Positions 8,306 through 18,165 of a stretch of 64,000 bases of DNA are shown here, in pieces (positions within the stretch are counted from its first letter, which is position 1; the number at the start of each line of letters is the position of its first letter). The stretch covers positions 20,576 through 84,575 of the forward strand of contig CAYPGR010000004.1 of the NCBI GenBank assembly GCA_964410505.1, given 5' to 3'. The position numbers and the translations under genes were made by a program. The notes beneath the pieces are model-generated. The model was not told where the DNA came from and did not search any database. It saw only the letters and a list, made by a program, of their open reading frames with translations. Source of the DNA: an uncultured Staphylococcaceae bacterium (GTDB taxonomy: Bacteria; Bacillota_I; Bacilli_A; RFN20; CAG-826).

Positions 8306-10093
8306 ATGAGTGGATTTATTGGTCGTGTCAGTGAAAATAGTATTAAAAATCATATATTAAAAGCTTTAAAGGTTTTACAATTCAAAGATGATGATTCGAC
8401 AGGGGTCTTATTATGTGGCCCCAAAAAATGTGAAATCTATAAAACGGTTGGTCAACTTAAAGATCTCCTCCCGCTTATTCCAGAGGAAGATGATGGTTGT
8501 ATTGGAATAGGGCATACCCGGTGGTCCACCTACACGAAACAAACTTTGAATAATGTTTATCCGATTCACTCCCAAAATAAACAGCTCTCGCTTGTCGTCC
8601 ATGGATTAGTCGATAATATCTTAAATATCAAACGTAAATTGGTCAAAAAAGGTTATGTCTTCACGAGTAACTCGGCAGTCGAAGTAGTTGCGAACCTCAT
8701 TGAAGACTCAAGTGGCCAGGGTATTACGAATTTAGAGGCCCTCGGAAAAGCCGTTAACTTATTATCTGGGAGTTACGCGATTGTGGCAGTTTTTAAAGAC
8801 GATCATGAACGTCTTTTCTTTGCGAAAAACGCGAGTCCGCTTATTATCGGTAAAAATGATCAAGCAATGGCGATAACGACTGATTTCCCCGCTATTGCAG
8901 GGGATGCGCATAGTTATTACTATCCGCAGGACGGTGAAATCGGTTATATTACGAAAGATGAACTCTTTGTTTTTGATAACACCTTGAAACCGCAAGCGTT
9001 TACTTTCTCCGAAACATCGGCTTCTGAAGAATCACTTGAACTCGGTGATTACCCACACTATATGTTGAAAGAAATTGAAGAAGCCCCACGGGTCATTCGC
9101 CGCTTAATTAATCAATATTTTGACGGCAGTAAATATCGGTTTGATGACCGGCTCATTGAACGGATTAATCATGCCGATAACATTGTCTTTATTGCCGCGG
9201 GTACAAGCTACAATTCCGCTTTGGTCGGACAACGTTACTTGCGTAACTTCAATAAAAAAGTTGATGTTTTTATTGCCAGTGAATGGATTTATTACCCCTA
9301 TCAAACTGGGACCAATCCGCTTTATGTCTTAATTTCACAATCGGGTGAAACCTCCGATATCTTAAAATGCCTAAAAGTAATTGAAACTTATGGTGGGGAT
9401 GTCCTGGCGATTACAAACACTGAAGTATCGACTTTATATCGGCAGGCAGATTACCGCTTGTTGCTCCATGCCGGTACCGAAATTAGTGTCGCGAGCACGA
9501 AAGCATATATCGCCCAAATTACTTTGCTATCACTTCTTTATGCGCGGCTTGTGAATAAAATAACAACTATTGCGGCGCTTGAATTAGTAATTACGGCGAT
9601 TGAAGCCATTATTAGTCAAAGAGATGAAATTAAAAGGATTGCTAAGGACATTGCAGGTTCTAAAGATGTCTTTTTCCTTGGTCGTGGATTTGATTATGAT
9701 CTCGCAATTGAAGCCCAATTAAAACTTAAAGAAACTTCATACATTCACTCGGAAGCATATGCGGGCGGAGAAATCTTACACGGTCCGATTGCGCTCATTG
9801 AAAAAGAAACGCCGGTTGTGGTATTTGTAAGTGATGAAGCAACGGTGATTGCGATGCGTGAAGTCATTGAAGAATTAAAGAAACGGACCGATAAAATCAT
9901 TATTTGTTCGGCAGCGCCATTTAATTTACCTACTGATCGTTTCTCCATCGAAAAACCAGTTCGCGGTTATCACAGTCCGATTGTCTTTGCGGTATTTGCC
10001 CAATATTTAGCCTACTATACCGCCGTCTCTTTAAATCGGGATGTTGATCGCCCACGGAACTTAGCGAAGGCAGTGAAAGACCGCGATGTTTAA
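8306..10093 (+). CDS. glmS: Glutamine--fructose-6-phosphate aminotransferase homologue with a non-canonical N-terminus (MSGFIG, not MCGIVG)
   Basis: 595 aa. The C-terminal tandem SIS domains are canonical (LISQSGETSD, C-terminal ...DVDRPRNLAKAV). The N-terminal Ntn-glutaminase domain is recognisable but has Ser at position 2. AGAGG RBS. Confidence 0.8.
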   Translation: MSGFIGRVSENSIKNHILKALKVLQFKDDDSTGVLLCGPKKCEIYKTVGQLKDLLPLIPEEDDGCIGIGHTRWSTYTKQTLNNVYPIHSQNKQLSLVVHGLVDNILNIKRKLVKKGYVFTSNSAVEVVANLIEDSSGQGITNLEALGKAVNLLSGSYAIVAVFKDDHERLFFAKNASPLIIGKNDQAMAITTDFPAIAGDAHSYYYPQDGEIGYITKDELFVFDNTLKPQAFTFSETSASEESLELGDYPHYMLKEIEEAPRVIRRLINQYFDGSKYRFDDRLIERINHADNIVFIAAGTSYNSALVGQRYLRNFNKKVDVFIASEWIYYPYQTGTNPLYVLISQSGETSDILKCLKVIETYGGDVLAITNTEVSTLYRQADYRLLLHAGTEISVASTKAYIAQITLLSLLYARLVNKITTIAALELVITAIEAIISQRDEIKRIAKDIAGSKDVFFLGRGFDYDLAIEAQLKLKETSYIHSEAYAGGEILHGPIALIEKETPVVVFVSDEATVIAMREVIEELKKRTDKIIICSAAPFNLPTDRFSIEKPVRGYHSPIVFAVFAQYLAYYTAVSLNRDVDRPRNLAKAVKDRDV

Positions 10094-10727
10094 TAAGGCA
10101 TTAGATTTTCGTTTTATGCTCTTTGAATACTATAAAGAGCTTCGGATGAGTGAAACTGAACTCGTCGTGCTTTTGTTCATTGAGCATTTGCAACAAAAAG
10201 ACACTGATTTTGTCACCCCCGATCTCATCAATTTACAATCAAATATTGACATTCGTCTAATTGATGAGACGATGGTCAAACTTGTCAGTAAAGGCTTTAT
10301 TGAATTTAGTAATCGACACGGGAAAATGGTGACTTCTTTAAACCCATTACGAAAAAAATTGCAAACCCTTTTTGCGCTTGATTATGAGCAAGAAAAAGAG
10401 AATGCGACCGTTGATTTTTCAAATCAAACCGAAGAAATCTATGCCCTCATCCAAAATGGATTTGGTCGCTCTTTATCCCCCGTTGAACTGCAAACCATTA
10501 ATCAATGGTTTTCCTATGGTTATTCAGTTGCAATGATTAAAGAAGCTTATGAAGAAAGTCTAAAAAAGAAACGTTTTAATATTCGGGCCATTGATAAGGC
10601 ACTTCTTAAACTTGCGACCGCTGTTGATTATGCTGTTGAAGGTAAAAGCGCCCAGGATCCAAGTTATCGTAAAGACATCAAACAAACGTTAGATGAAGTA
10701 AATAAAAAGATTAAAGATGACGAATAA
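10086..10727 (+). CDS. dnaD: DnaD-domain replication initiation/membrane attachment protein
   Basis: 213 aa with the C-terminal DnaD/DnaB domain-like region (...LQTINQWFSYGYSVAMIKEAYEESL...). The dnaD-nth adjacency is conserved in Firmicutes. Confidence 0.55.
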   Translation: MFNKALDFRFMLFEYYKELRMSETELVVLLFIEHLQQKDTDFVTPDLINLQSNIDIRLIDETMVKLVSKGFIEFSNRHGKMVTSLNPLRKKLQTLFALDYEQEKENATVDFSNQTEEIYALIQNGFGRSLSPVELQTINQWFSYGYSVAMIKEAYEESLKKKRFNIRAIDKALLKLATAVDYAVEGKSAQDPSYRKDIKQTLDEVNKKIKDDE

Positions 10728-11352
10728 GAATAGAGATAAGATCCTCGCCTTCTTTGACGAGGCTTACCCGGATGTTCAGGGTGAATTAACCTACCAAAAA
10801 GATTATGAATTGCTCATTGCGGTCGTTTTAAGTGCCCAATCTACCGATAAGTCCGTCAATCAAGTCACGACGAAGTTATTTGGTGATTATCCGACTTTTG
10901 ACGCACTCAAAACACTAAAAGAAACCGATTATGCCGTGTATTTTAAAACTCTTGGCCTTTATCGGAATAAGGCCAAACACATTTATCAACTTGTCAATAT
11001 GCTCGATAAAGACTATCAAGGACGCGTTCCTCAAGATAAGGAATCCTTAATGGCCCTTCCTGGGGTTGGTATTAAAACCGCGAATGTGGTGCGCGGGGAA
11101 CTATTTAAAATTCCCGAAATTGCCGTTGATACCCATGTTGCTCGGGTTTCTAAACGATTAGGGTTTGCTACACTTGATGATCAGGTAAATGTCATTGAAA
11201 GCAAACTTCAAACACTTATCCCTCAGAAACGATGGATTAAAACGCACCATCAAATGATTCACTTTGGTCGCTATTTTTGCAAAGCCAAAAAACCGCGTTG
11301 CAAAGAATGCCCGCTCATTGATCTTTGTCTTGAGAAAAAGAAAAATTTATAA
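10717..11352 (+). CDS. nth: Endonuclease III (DNA-(apurinic/apyrimidinic site) lyase)
   Basis: HhH-GPD motif LPGVGIKTANVV and the C-terminal 4Fe-4S cysteines CKAKKPRCKECPLIDLC. Confidence 0.9.
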   Translation: MTNKNRDKILAFFDEAYPDVQGELTYQKDYELLIAVVLSAQSTDKSVNQVTTKLFGDYPTFDALKTLKETDYAVYFKTLGLYRNKAKHIYQLVNMLDKDYQGRVPQDKESLMALPGVGIKTANVVRGELFKIPEIAVDTHVARVSKRLGFATLDDQVNVIESKLQTLIPQKRWIKTHHQMIHFGRYFCKAKKPRCKECPLIDLCLEKKKNL

Positions 11353-11931
11353 CGAAAAGAGTGTTATCACGGCAGGTAAGTAGTTTAAGATTGGGTTGAT
11401 GTTATAAGGGACATGGATCCCTTTTTCTTTAATTAAAGAATACGGAATCGATTTTCGTTCTCCATTATTAGAGGCAGCAATCACAAAGGAGGCCGGTAAA
11501 ACATAGACTTCGTTTTTTAAAGCAAATTCAATAATGAAAAAGGCAATGCCACCATGTTTGATGACGTTTTCTAAATGCTTAATTTGATGGTCGGAAATAT
11601 TATTAAGCGGGAAACTTGTCTTAAGTTGGGTACTCTTTGCCTCGAAGTCGAGATATCGATTGCGATAAAGGCCATTGTAATCGGTCGTCGATTGTTTTTC
11701 AAAATAGGCATTCGTTATTTTGGCCCCCTTCGAGTAATCAATTTTTACAACGTTGATCGGGGTCGGTCGTTTTGTAATGAGGGCAATATCATGCATTAAA
11801 TAATAATCATTCGCAGCGTTAATGATCTTTTCTAGTTGCATCCCGCGGTTTCCGGGTGAAGTCGGCATACTTTTTTTCCGTGAGGTCGCAACTGACTTCG
11901 CGGTATATGGTTTAGAAGGATAATTGACCAT
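11347..11931 (-). CDS. recU: Holliday-junction resolvase RecU
   Basis: 194 aa with RecU-like sequence (...GMQLEKIINAANDYYL...YLDFEAKSTQ...). Confidence 0.85.
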   Translation of the reverse strand: MVNYPSKPYTAKSVATSRKKSMPTSPGNRGMQLEKIINAANDYYLMHDIALITKRPTPINVVKIDYSKGAKITNAYFEKQSTTDYNGLYRNRYLDFEAKSTQLKTSFPLNNISDHQIKHLENVIKHGGIAFFIIEFALKNEVYVLPASFVIAASNNGERKSIPYSLIKEKGIHVPYNINPILNYLPAVITLFSL

Positions 11932-12656
11932 TAGACGATTTCTTCCTCAAGATACTTATAAATATCTTCTGCTGTAACCGTGCCCCCTTCTTTAATCTTT
12001 TGGAGGGCCTTTTTAATGGGGCGAGGCACATTATTGATATTGAGAAGTACGGCCGCATAGCGTTCTTTGATGATCTCGGGTTTTTTAAATAGTTCGTTAA
12101 AGAGATAACCAAGAAGTAGGGCATCATTTAAAGGATCGTGGGCTGGTTCAATCGTCGGTATTTCAAATAGCTTGCAGAGATTTGTGAGAGATAACGTATT
12201 ATTTTTGTCGTCTTTGATGTATTCACTCACGAGGGTACTTAGATCAAGATGGTTCTTGATAATGGTTGTGACAATCCCATGATTAGCTTCAGGCGTATAA
12301 AGAAGTGATTGTTTTAAAATCCGAACATCATGGCTCCCGAAAGTGACGAAACGACTTTTTGAAAAATTCGTGCCAACATACTTTTTAAGTAACGGCAAAG
12401 CTTCTTCAAAACCGATTCCTTCTTTCGCCAGGAGATCACTCGTGATGCCGGTTAATTCTTCAACGAGACGGCCAACATTATGCTTTGCCAACACATATTT
12501 TTTGAAACCAGGATAGAACTTTTTGACGGTTCCGTCCGGATTAAGCGTGGCTTTAACAGCGCCAATGGCAATGGTCTCATGGCTAAACTGGGTCCCCTCT
12601 AAATCAAGAAAAACAATTTGTTTACGGCCTCGGACTTGTTTCAGCAATTTTTTCAT
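11931..12656 (-). CDS. DEDDh-family 3'-5' exonuclease (KapD/DnaQ-like)
   Basis: Exo I IVFLDLEGTQF, Exo II FGSHDVRIL and Exo III HDPLNDALL motifs are all present. Confidence 0.6.
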   Translation of the reverse strand: MKKLLKQVRGRKQIVFLDLEGTQFSHETIAIGAVKATLNPDGTVKKFYPGFKKYVLAKHNVGRLVEELTGITSDLLAKEGIGFEEALPLLKKYVGTNFSKSRFVTFGSHDVRILKQSLLYTPEANHGIVTTIIKNHLDLSTLVSEYIKDDKNNTLSLTNLCKLFEIPTIEPAHDPLNDALLLGYLFNELFKKPEIIKERYAAVLLNINNVPRPIKKALQKIKEGGTVTAEDIYKYLEEEIV

Positions 12657-12699
12657 ATTCTAAATTATACCATAACCATATTTATCATGCTTTGCTTTA

Positions 12700-12728
12700 T
12701 TGCCTTTACCCCCTTTTACATATATAAT
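12700..12728 (+). promoter_or_regulatory. Sigma-A-type promoter of gpsB
   Basis: TTGCCT-17 nt-TATAAT (within TATATAAT) sits 20 nt upstream of the gpsB ATG region. Confidence 0.4.
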
Positions 12729-12746
12729 ATGTATGCGAGGTTACAC

Positions 12747-13097
12747 ATGGCGGAAAAAATACGACTGGATGCTGAAAAAATTCTTAAGAAAAAGTTCAAA
12801 GCAAAAAGTGGCGGTTATGATGCTTTAGAAGTGGATGAATATCTTGATTTAGTGCGCGAAGAATACCTCGTTTTAATGGCGAAGGAAACGGAACTCAATC
12901 ACCTTCTCACTAAAGCCGATAAACTGACAGCCCGGAATGTGGATCTTGAAGCGCTTAATTTACAATTAACCCGCAAAGTTGCCGAATTAGAACGCCTGGT
13001 CGCTAAAGGTGGGACAACGATGGAAAACTTACGGAAAATTGACAAATATGAGCGACAATTATGGGCGCTCGGGGTTGACCCTGGGAAAGTTAAATAA
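12747..13097 (+). CDS. gpsB: DivIVA-domain cell-cycle protein GpsB-like
   Basis: N-terminal DivIVA motif ILKKKFKAKSGGYDALEVDEYLDLV followed by coiled coil. Start at ATG 12747; the longer ORF-track start overlaps the convergent exonuclease gene and the promoter. Confidence 0.65.
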   Translation: MAEKIRLDAEKILKKKFKAKSGGYDALEVDEYLDLVREEYLVLMAKETELNHLLTKADKLTARNVDLEALNLQLTRKVAELERLVAKGGTTMENLRKIDKYERQLWALGVDPGKVK

Positions 13098-13103
13098 TCA
13101 ATA

Positions 13104-13448
13104 CATTCGATCTGGATGATTGCTGGTACTTCGGTATTAGAGGAAAGTCCATGCTCGCACTTGCTGAGATGCAAGTAGTGATTGCGCTAGCGGAAAAAAT
13201 AACGCTAGGTATAGAGGAGTCTATAACGGCGAAGAATGACCTAAGTCCTTGGATATGGTCGGCCTTCCTAAGGTGCCACAGTGACGAAGTTAAGGGGAAA
13301 CTCTTAAGTGGAACGTTGGTAAACCCCGCAAGCGAGAAACCTAAATTTGGTAAGGGAAATAGCAAGGAAGAAATGAATTCTGCGCTGTATGTTCACGCAT
13401 AGATAAATAATTATCCTTCGACAGAACATGGCTTATAGGATCGAATAC
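13104..13448 (+). ncRNA. rnpB: RNase P RNA, bacterial type B
   Basis: Conserved blocks AGAGGAAAGTCCATGCTCGCAC, GTGCCACAGTGACGAAGT, GGTAAACCCCGCAAGCGAGAAACCTAAATTTGGTAAGGGAA and ACAGAACATGGCTTATAGGATCGAAT match Bacillus-type RNase P RNA. P1 pairs ATTCGATC with GATCGAAT. It sits next to gpsB as in B. subtilis. Confidence 0.85.
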
Positions 13449-13464
13449 TCACTAAAGGAGATTT

Positions 13465-14076
13465 ATGAATCTACCAAATAAACTAACAACGATTAGAATG
13501 GGACTTGTTGTCCTCCTCATTATTTTTTTACTTATCCCTTATGAAGCACTTGGGATGACCATGCCGATTGTTTTCGGTAATGTGAGCCTTTTATACTTTA
13601 TCGGTGCGATTGTATTTTTAGTTGCCTCTATTACGGACTATTTTGATGGCTACCTTGCCCGGAAATTTAACCTGATTACAAATTATGGTAAATTCATGGA
13701 CCCCATCGCTGATAAATTGTTAGTTAATTCACTTTTGATTATTCTAATTAGTCCGCAAATGACTGGGCAAATCGGGGTATTGCCGCTATTTGTCATCTTG
13801 ATGATTGGTCGTGATATTGTGGTTGATGGTTTTCGGCTCGTGGCGGCGAACCAAAACAAAGTTTTGGCCGCAAATATTTTTGGGAAACTTAAAACCGTTT
13901 TACAAATGGTGGCGATTACGATGTATTTATTTAATGATTTTCCGTTCTCACTTCTTTATGGCACGGCTTTCCCATATGTTAGTTTTATCATGATGGGACT
14001 TGCCACGGTGGTGTCTCTACTTTCTGGCTTTATTTACATTTTTCAAAACATGAGTGTATTAAAGGAATCAAAATGA
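13465..14076 (+). CDS. pgsA: CDP-diacylglycerol--glycerol-3-phosphate 3-phosphatidyltransferase
   Basis: CDP-alcohol phosphatidyltransferase motif DYFDGYLARKFNLITNYGKFMDPIADK in a polytopic membrane protein. Confidence 0.85.
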   Translation: MNLPNKLTTIRMGLVVLLIIFLLIPYEALGMTMPIVFGNVSLLYFIGAIVFLVASITDYFDGYLARKFNLITNYGKFMDPIADKLLVNSLLIILISPQMTGQIGVLPLFVILMIGRDIVVDGFRLVAANQNKVLAANIFGKLKTVLQMVAITMYLFNDFPFSLLYGTAFPYVSFIMMGLATVVSLLSGFIYIFQNMSVLKESK

Positions 14077-14543
14077 AGAATCATTTAATTCTAGAAAAGA
14101 TGATGGATCTCGGTTTAAAACTCGGCAGTGTTGAATCATTTACCGGTGGCCTTTTTGCATCAACTGTTGTTAATTATCCCGGGGTTTCTTCGATTTTTAA
14201 AGGAAGTGTCGTTGCTTACCAAGATGATGTTAAACATCGGGTCCTAAAAATATCGGAAACTGATTTAAAAAAATATGGCGCAGTCTCGAGCGTTGTCGCC
14301 CTTGAAATGGCGCGTAACGGCCAAAAATTACTCGATGTTGATTTTTGTATTGCGTTTACAGGCAATGCGGGTCCGACGAGTGTGGATGAACATGATGTTG
14401 GTGAAGTGTTTATCGCCCTTGCCTATCGAGAGGATGAAATCCTTGTTCATTTTAAGATTAAAGGTGATCGTCAAAAAGTGCGGACCGAAGCCGTTGAACG
14501 TGGTTTTGAGATTCTTGATCGTGTATTAGAAAATTACAAATAG
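14073..14543 (+). CDS. cinA: CinA C-terminal domain protein (NMN deamidase PncC-like)
   Basis: 156 aa (...GSVESFTGGLFAS...AFTGNAGPT...) in the pgsA-cinA-recA synteny. Confidence 0.8.
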   Translation: MKNHLILEKMMDLGLKLGSVESFTGGLFASTVVNYPGVSSIFKGSVVAYQDDVKHRVLKISETDLKKYGAVSSVVALEMARNGQKLLDVDFCIAFTGNAGPTSVDEHDVGEVFIALAYREDEILVHFKIKGDRQKVRTEAVERGFEILDRVLENYK

Positions 14544-14571
14544 ATGTATTTATAAATAAGGAGATATAAAT

Positions 14572-15552
14572 ATGGCAAAGAATGAAGATAAGAATATATT
14601 AGCCGAGACCCTAAAAGAAATCGAAAAATCTTTTGGGAAAGGCGCGATTATGAAACTTGGCGATCGCCCCGTTGTTAATGTTGATGTTATCCCGACGGGA
14701 TCATTATTAATTGACCAAGCGCTTGGCGTTGGCGGCTACCCCAAAGGCCGAATTATTGAAATTTTCGGACCTGAAAGTAGTGGTAAAACAACCCTCGCAT
14801 TACATGCCATTGCCGAATGTCAAAAGAAAGGTGGCCAAGCGGCATTCGTTGACGCTGAACACGCCATCGATCCTATTTATGCAAAAAATTTAGGCATTAA
14901 TATTGATGAACTTATTTTGGCCCAACCGGATTCCGGAGAACAAGCACTTGAGATTGTTGTTCGGTTAGCGGAAAGTGGCGTGATCGACTTAATCATTGTT
15001 GATAGTGTCGCCGCTTTAGTGCCTGAAGCCGAACTAACTGGCGAGATGGGTGATAATCAAGTTGGCGCACAAGCACGGTTGATGTCGAAAGCTATGCGTA
15101 AATTAGCGGGTGTTTTAAACAAAGCAGAATGTACAGTTATCTTTATCAATCAACTCCGGGAAAAAGTGGGTGTCATCTATGGTAATCCGGAAGTCACTTC
15201 TGGTGGCCGCGCCCTTAAATTCTATTCATCGATCCGCATTGATATTCGTCGGGGTGAAGCCATTAAACAAGGGCCAAAACTCGTGGGTAATCAAGCAAAG
15301 ATTCGGATTGTAAAAAATAAAGTTGCACCCCCATTTGCCGCGTGTGAAATTGATATCATTTACGGTAAAGGGATTTCGAAGATTGGGGAGATTATTGAAC
15401 TCTCAGTTGAAAAGGGATTCATTAAAAAATCAGGTTCTTGGTATGAATACGATGGTCAAAAAATCGGTCAAGGAAAAGAAGCTGCCCAAAACTATATTCT
15501 TGAACGCGAAGAACTACTAATCAAGTTAGAAGCCGCGGTTCGCGCCGCTTAA
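14572..15552 (+). CDS. recA: Recombinase RecA
   Basis: Walker [10 protein letters not shown] and a RecA core of 326 aa. Confidence 0.95.
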   Translation: MAKNEDKNILAETLKEIEKSFGKGAIMKLGDRPVVNVDVIPTGSLLIDQALGVGGYPKGRIIEIFGPESSGKTTLALHAIAECQKKGGQAAFVDAEHAIDPIYAKNLGINIDELILAQPDSGEQALEIVVRLAESGVIDLIIVDSVAALVPEAELTGEMGDNQVGAQARLMSKAMRKLAGVLNKAECTVIFINQLREKVGVIYGNPEVTSGGRALKFYSSIRIDIRRGEAIKQGPKLVGNQAKIRIVKNKVAPPFAACEIDIIYGKGISKIGEIIELSVEKGFIKKSGSWYEYDGQKIGQGKEAAQNYILEREELLIKLEAAVRAA

Positions 15553-15576
15553 TTGGCCTAACTTAGATGAAAAAAT

Positions 15577-15606
15577 TAACCTCGGAATAGTTCCGAGGTT
15601 TTTTAA
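15577..15606 (+). terminator. Rho-independent terminator after recA
   Basis: ACCTCGGAA-tag-TTCCGAGGT followed by TTTTTT. Confidence 0.6.
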
Positions 15607-15822
15607 ATGCAATCACTTTTATAATATTTGCAATCTTGTTATAATCTAAATGCGCACAAAGTGCGTTCACCTAAACAAGTTGTTAGGTTATTAATTCACT
15701 TGATTAAAAATTATTAAAAAATTAAAAATTTAGCATTAATGATGTAGCAATAATTGTTTAGAAAATAACTATTTTAAGTTTGGTTTCAAACAAAAATAAC
15801 AACAACGAAAGAAGGAAAAAAT

Positions 15823-17373
15823 ATGGAATGGTTATATTATTTGCTATTTCTTCTTGTCGGACTTGGAATTGGGATTGGATTATTCTTCCTTATCCCAGCC
15901 TTTAAAGCAAAACAAGCATTTGCAAAAGCACAAAAAACAATTAAAGAAGCAGAAATTAAGGCCGAACACATTGTTAAGAGTGCGGAATTAGATGCAAAGC
16001 AATTCGTTTATGAAGGAAAACAAGAACTCGAAAGAGCTGGCAAAGAACGACGTGCCCAAATTAGTGAGTTAGAAAGACTCCTGACCGATCGCGAAAAGGG
16101 CATTGAACGTCGCGATCAATTACTCTTAAGCAAAGAGCAATCTTTAGATGCTCGTCATGAAAATCTCAATGGCAAAATCAAAGAAGCAGATGAACTTAAA
16201 AAGCAACTTCAAGTACGGATTGATTCAATTATTTCCGAACTAGAAAAAGTTGCCCAAATGACGGTAAGTGAAGCACGCACAGAACTCTTCAGTCGCGTCG
16301 ACGCCAAGCTTGAAAAAGAAATCGCCCTTTACATTAAACAACGTGAAGATGAAGCCGATATTCAAGTGAACGATAGGGCCCGTGATATCCTTGCAAATAC
16401 CATTGCACGGTATAGTCAAGAAGTGACCACTGAAAGAACGGTAAGTGCCGTTAGCTTACCAAGTGATGAAATGAAGGGTCGTATCATCGGTCGTGAAGGC
16501 CGTAATATTCGCTCGTTAGAACAATTACTTGGGGTCGATATTTTAATTGACGATACTCCTGAAGTGATTACGGTTTCATGCTTTGATCCAATTCGGCGTG
16601 AAACAGCAAGACGGACGATTGAGATCTTAGTTAAAGACGGCCGTATTCAACCAAGTCGGATTGAAGAAGTCGTTGCCAAAGCAAAAGAAGAATTAGATGA
16701 AGTGATTTTAAAAGCAGGTAAAGATGCTTTAGCGGAATTAGGAATTCCAAACGTTCACCGCGAAATGATTCCTTTTGTTGGTCGTTTAAAATATCGGACC
16801 TCATACGGACAAAGTGCACTAAAACATAGTATTGAAGTCGCACATTTATGTGGGATTATGGCCGCGGAACTTGGTCTTGATGTAACTAAAGCAAAACGAG
16901 CGGGGCTTTTCCATGATATTGGGAAGTCAGCTGACTTTGAATTAGAAGGTAGTCACGTTGAAGTCGGGGCGCGCCTTGCGAAAAAGTACAATGAACCAGA
17001 TTACGTCATTGATGGCATTGAAAGTCATCATGGTGATAAAGAATCACGCTTCATTTTCAGTCAACTTGTCATCGCTGCGGACACATTAAGTGCTGCCCGT
17101 CCTGGTGCAAGAACTGAAACATTAGAAAATTATATTAAACGTCTTGAACAACTTGAAGCAATTTGTAAATCATATGATGGCGTTCAAACAAGCTACGCCA
17201 TGCAAAGCGGACGCGAAGTCCGGGTAATGGTTTATCCTGATAAAGTTGATGATGTAATGGTTAATAAGTTAGTTCGTGATATTCGTGAAAGAATTGAAAA
17301 TGAAATGACCTACCCTGGCCAAATTAAAGTTTCAGTGATTCGTGAATACCGTGCCAACGATGTCGCAAAATAA
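15823..17373 (+). CDS. rny: Ribonuclease Y
   Basis: N-terminal TM, coiled coil, KH domain GREGRNIRSLEQLLGVDILIDD and HD domain HSIEVAHLCG...HDIGK. A ~200-nt AT-rich leader precedes it. Confidence 0.9.
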   Translation: MEWLYYLLFLLVGLGIGIGLFFLIPAFKAKQAFAKAQKTIKEAEIKAEHIVKSAELDAKQFVYEGKQELERAGKERRAQISELERLLTDREKGIERRDQLLLSKEQSLDARHENLNGKIKEADELKKQLQVRIDSIISELEKVAQMTVSEARTELFSRVDAKLEKEIALYIKQREDEADIQVNDRARDILANTIARYSQEVTTERTVSAVSLPSDEMKGRIIGREGRNIRSLEQLLGVDILIDDTPEVITVSCFDPIRRETARRTIEILVKDGRIQPSRIEEVVAKAKEELDEVILKAGKDALAELGIPNVHREMIPFVGRLKYRTSYGQSALKHSIEVAHLCGIMAAELGLDVTKAKRAGLFHDIGKSADFELEGSHVEVGARLAKKYNEPDYVIDGIESHHGDKESRFIFSQLVIAADTLSAARPGARTETLENYIKRLEQLEAICKSYDGVQTSYAMQSGREVRVMVYPDKVDDVMVNKLVRDIRERIENEMTYPGQIKVSVIREYRANDVAK

Positions 17374-18164
17374 TGATTAAGATTTTGTTTATCGGTGATA
17401 TAGTCGGAAAAGCAGGGCGAGAAACACTCGCCCATTTTCTGCCTTCACTCCGCAAAGAACATGACTTCGATCTTGTTATCGCCAACGGTGAAAATGCGAC
17501 GCATGGTCGCGGTCTTAGTAAAAAACATTATCGTGAATTAATGAATCTGGGCATCGATGCCTTTACCCTTGGTAATCATTTTGATGACCGTGAAGAAATT
17601 CGCTCGCTTTTACCTGAAGTGAATAACATTGCGCGACCCCTTAACTTAATTGCGAATTATCCAGGGTCAGGTTCAATCGAAGTGACAACTAAAAAAGGCG
17701 TTAAAGTGCGGATTACGAATATCCTTGGTCAAGCGTTTATGAAAGAAATCATAACCAGCCCGTATGTAGCCTTGAAGATGATTGAAAATGAACATGTAAA
17801 ATCGATTCATATTGTCGACTATCATGCGGAAGCGACCGCTGAAAAGATGACCATTGCATGGGAGTTTGCGGGGCGCATAAGTGCTTTACTTGGAACCCAT
17901 ACCCATGTGCAAACGGTAGACGCTCGGGTTTTACCCGGTGGGACGGCCTATATTAGTGATGTGGGCATGACGGGAGCTTATAACGGGATTATTGGGGCCG
18001 AGCGAACCTCGGTTATTCAAAAAGTATGGTTTGATAAAAAGAAACCCTTCAATTACGATAATAGTGATGATGCCTGCCAATTTAGTGCAGTGATGATGAC
18101 GTTTGATGAAACAACATATCAGGCCTTAACAATTACCCCAATCTATCAAATCTGGAACAAATAA
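17373..18164 (+). CDS. ymdB: 2',3'-cyclic-nucleotide phosphodiesterase YmdB (metallophosphoesterase)
   Basis: MIKILFIGDIVGKAGRE...GNHFDD motifs. rny-ymdB operon as in Bacillus. Confidence 0.85.
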   Translation: MIKILFIGDIVGKAGRETLAHFLPSLRKEHDFDLVIANGENATHGRGLSKKHYRELMNLGIDAFTLGNHFDDREEIRSLLPEVNNIARPLNLIANYPGSGSIEVTTKKGVKVRITNILGQAFMKEIITSPYVALKMIENEHVKSIHIVDYHAEATAEKMTIAWEFAGRISALLGTHTHVQTVDARVLPGGTAYISDVGMTGAYNGIIGAERTSVIQKVWFDKKKPFNYDNSDDACQFSAVMMTFDETTYQALTITPIYQIWNK

Positions 18165-18165
18165 T

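Noticed and set aside
12899-13402. Three ORFs of 83-91 aa (12899..13174 -, 13090..13365 -, 13151..13402 +) between gpsB and pgsA
   Set aside because: They lie within the RNase P RNA gene (rnpB), whose conserved blocks explain the sequence. None has an RBS.
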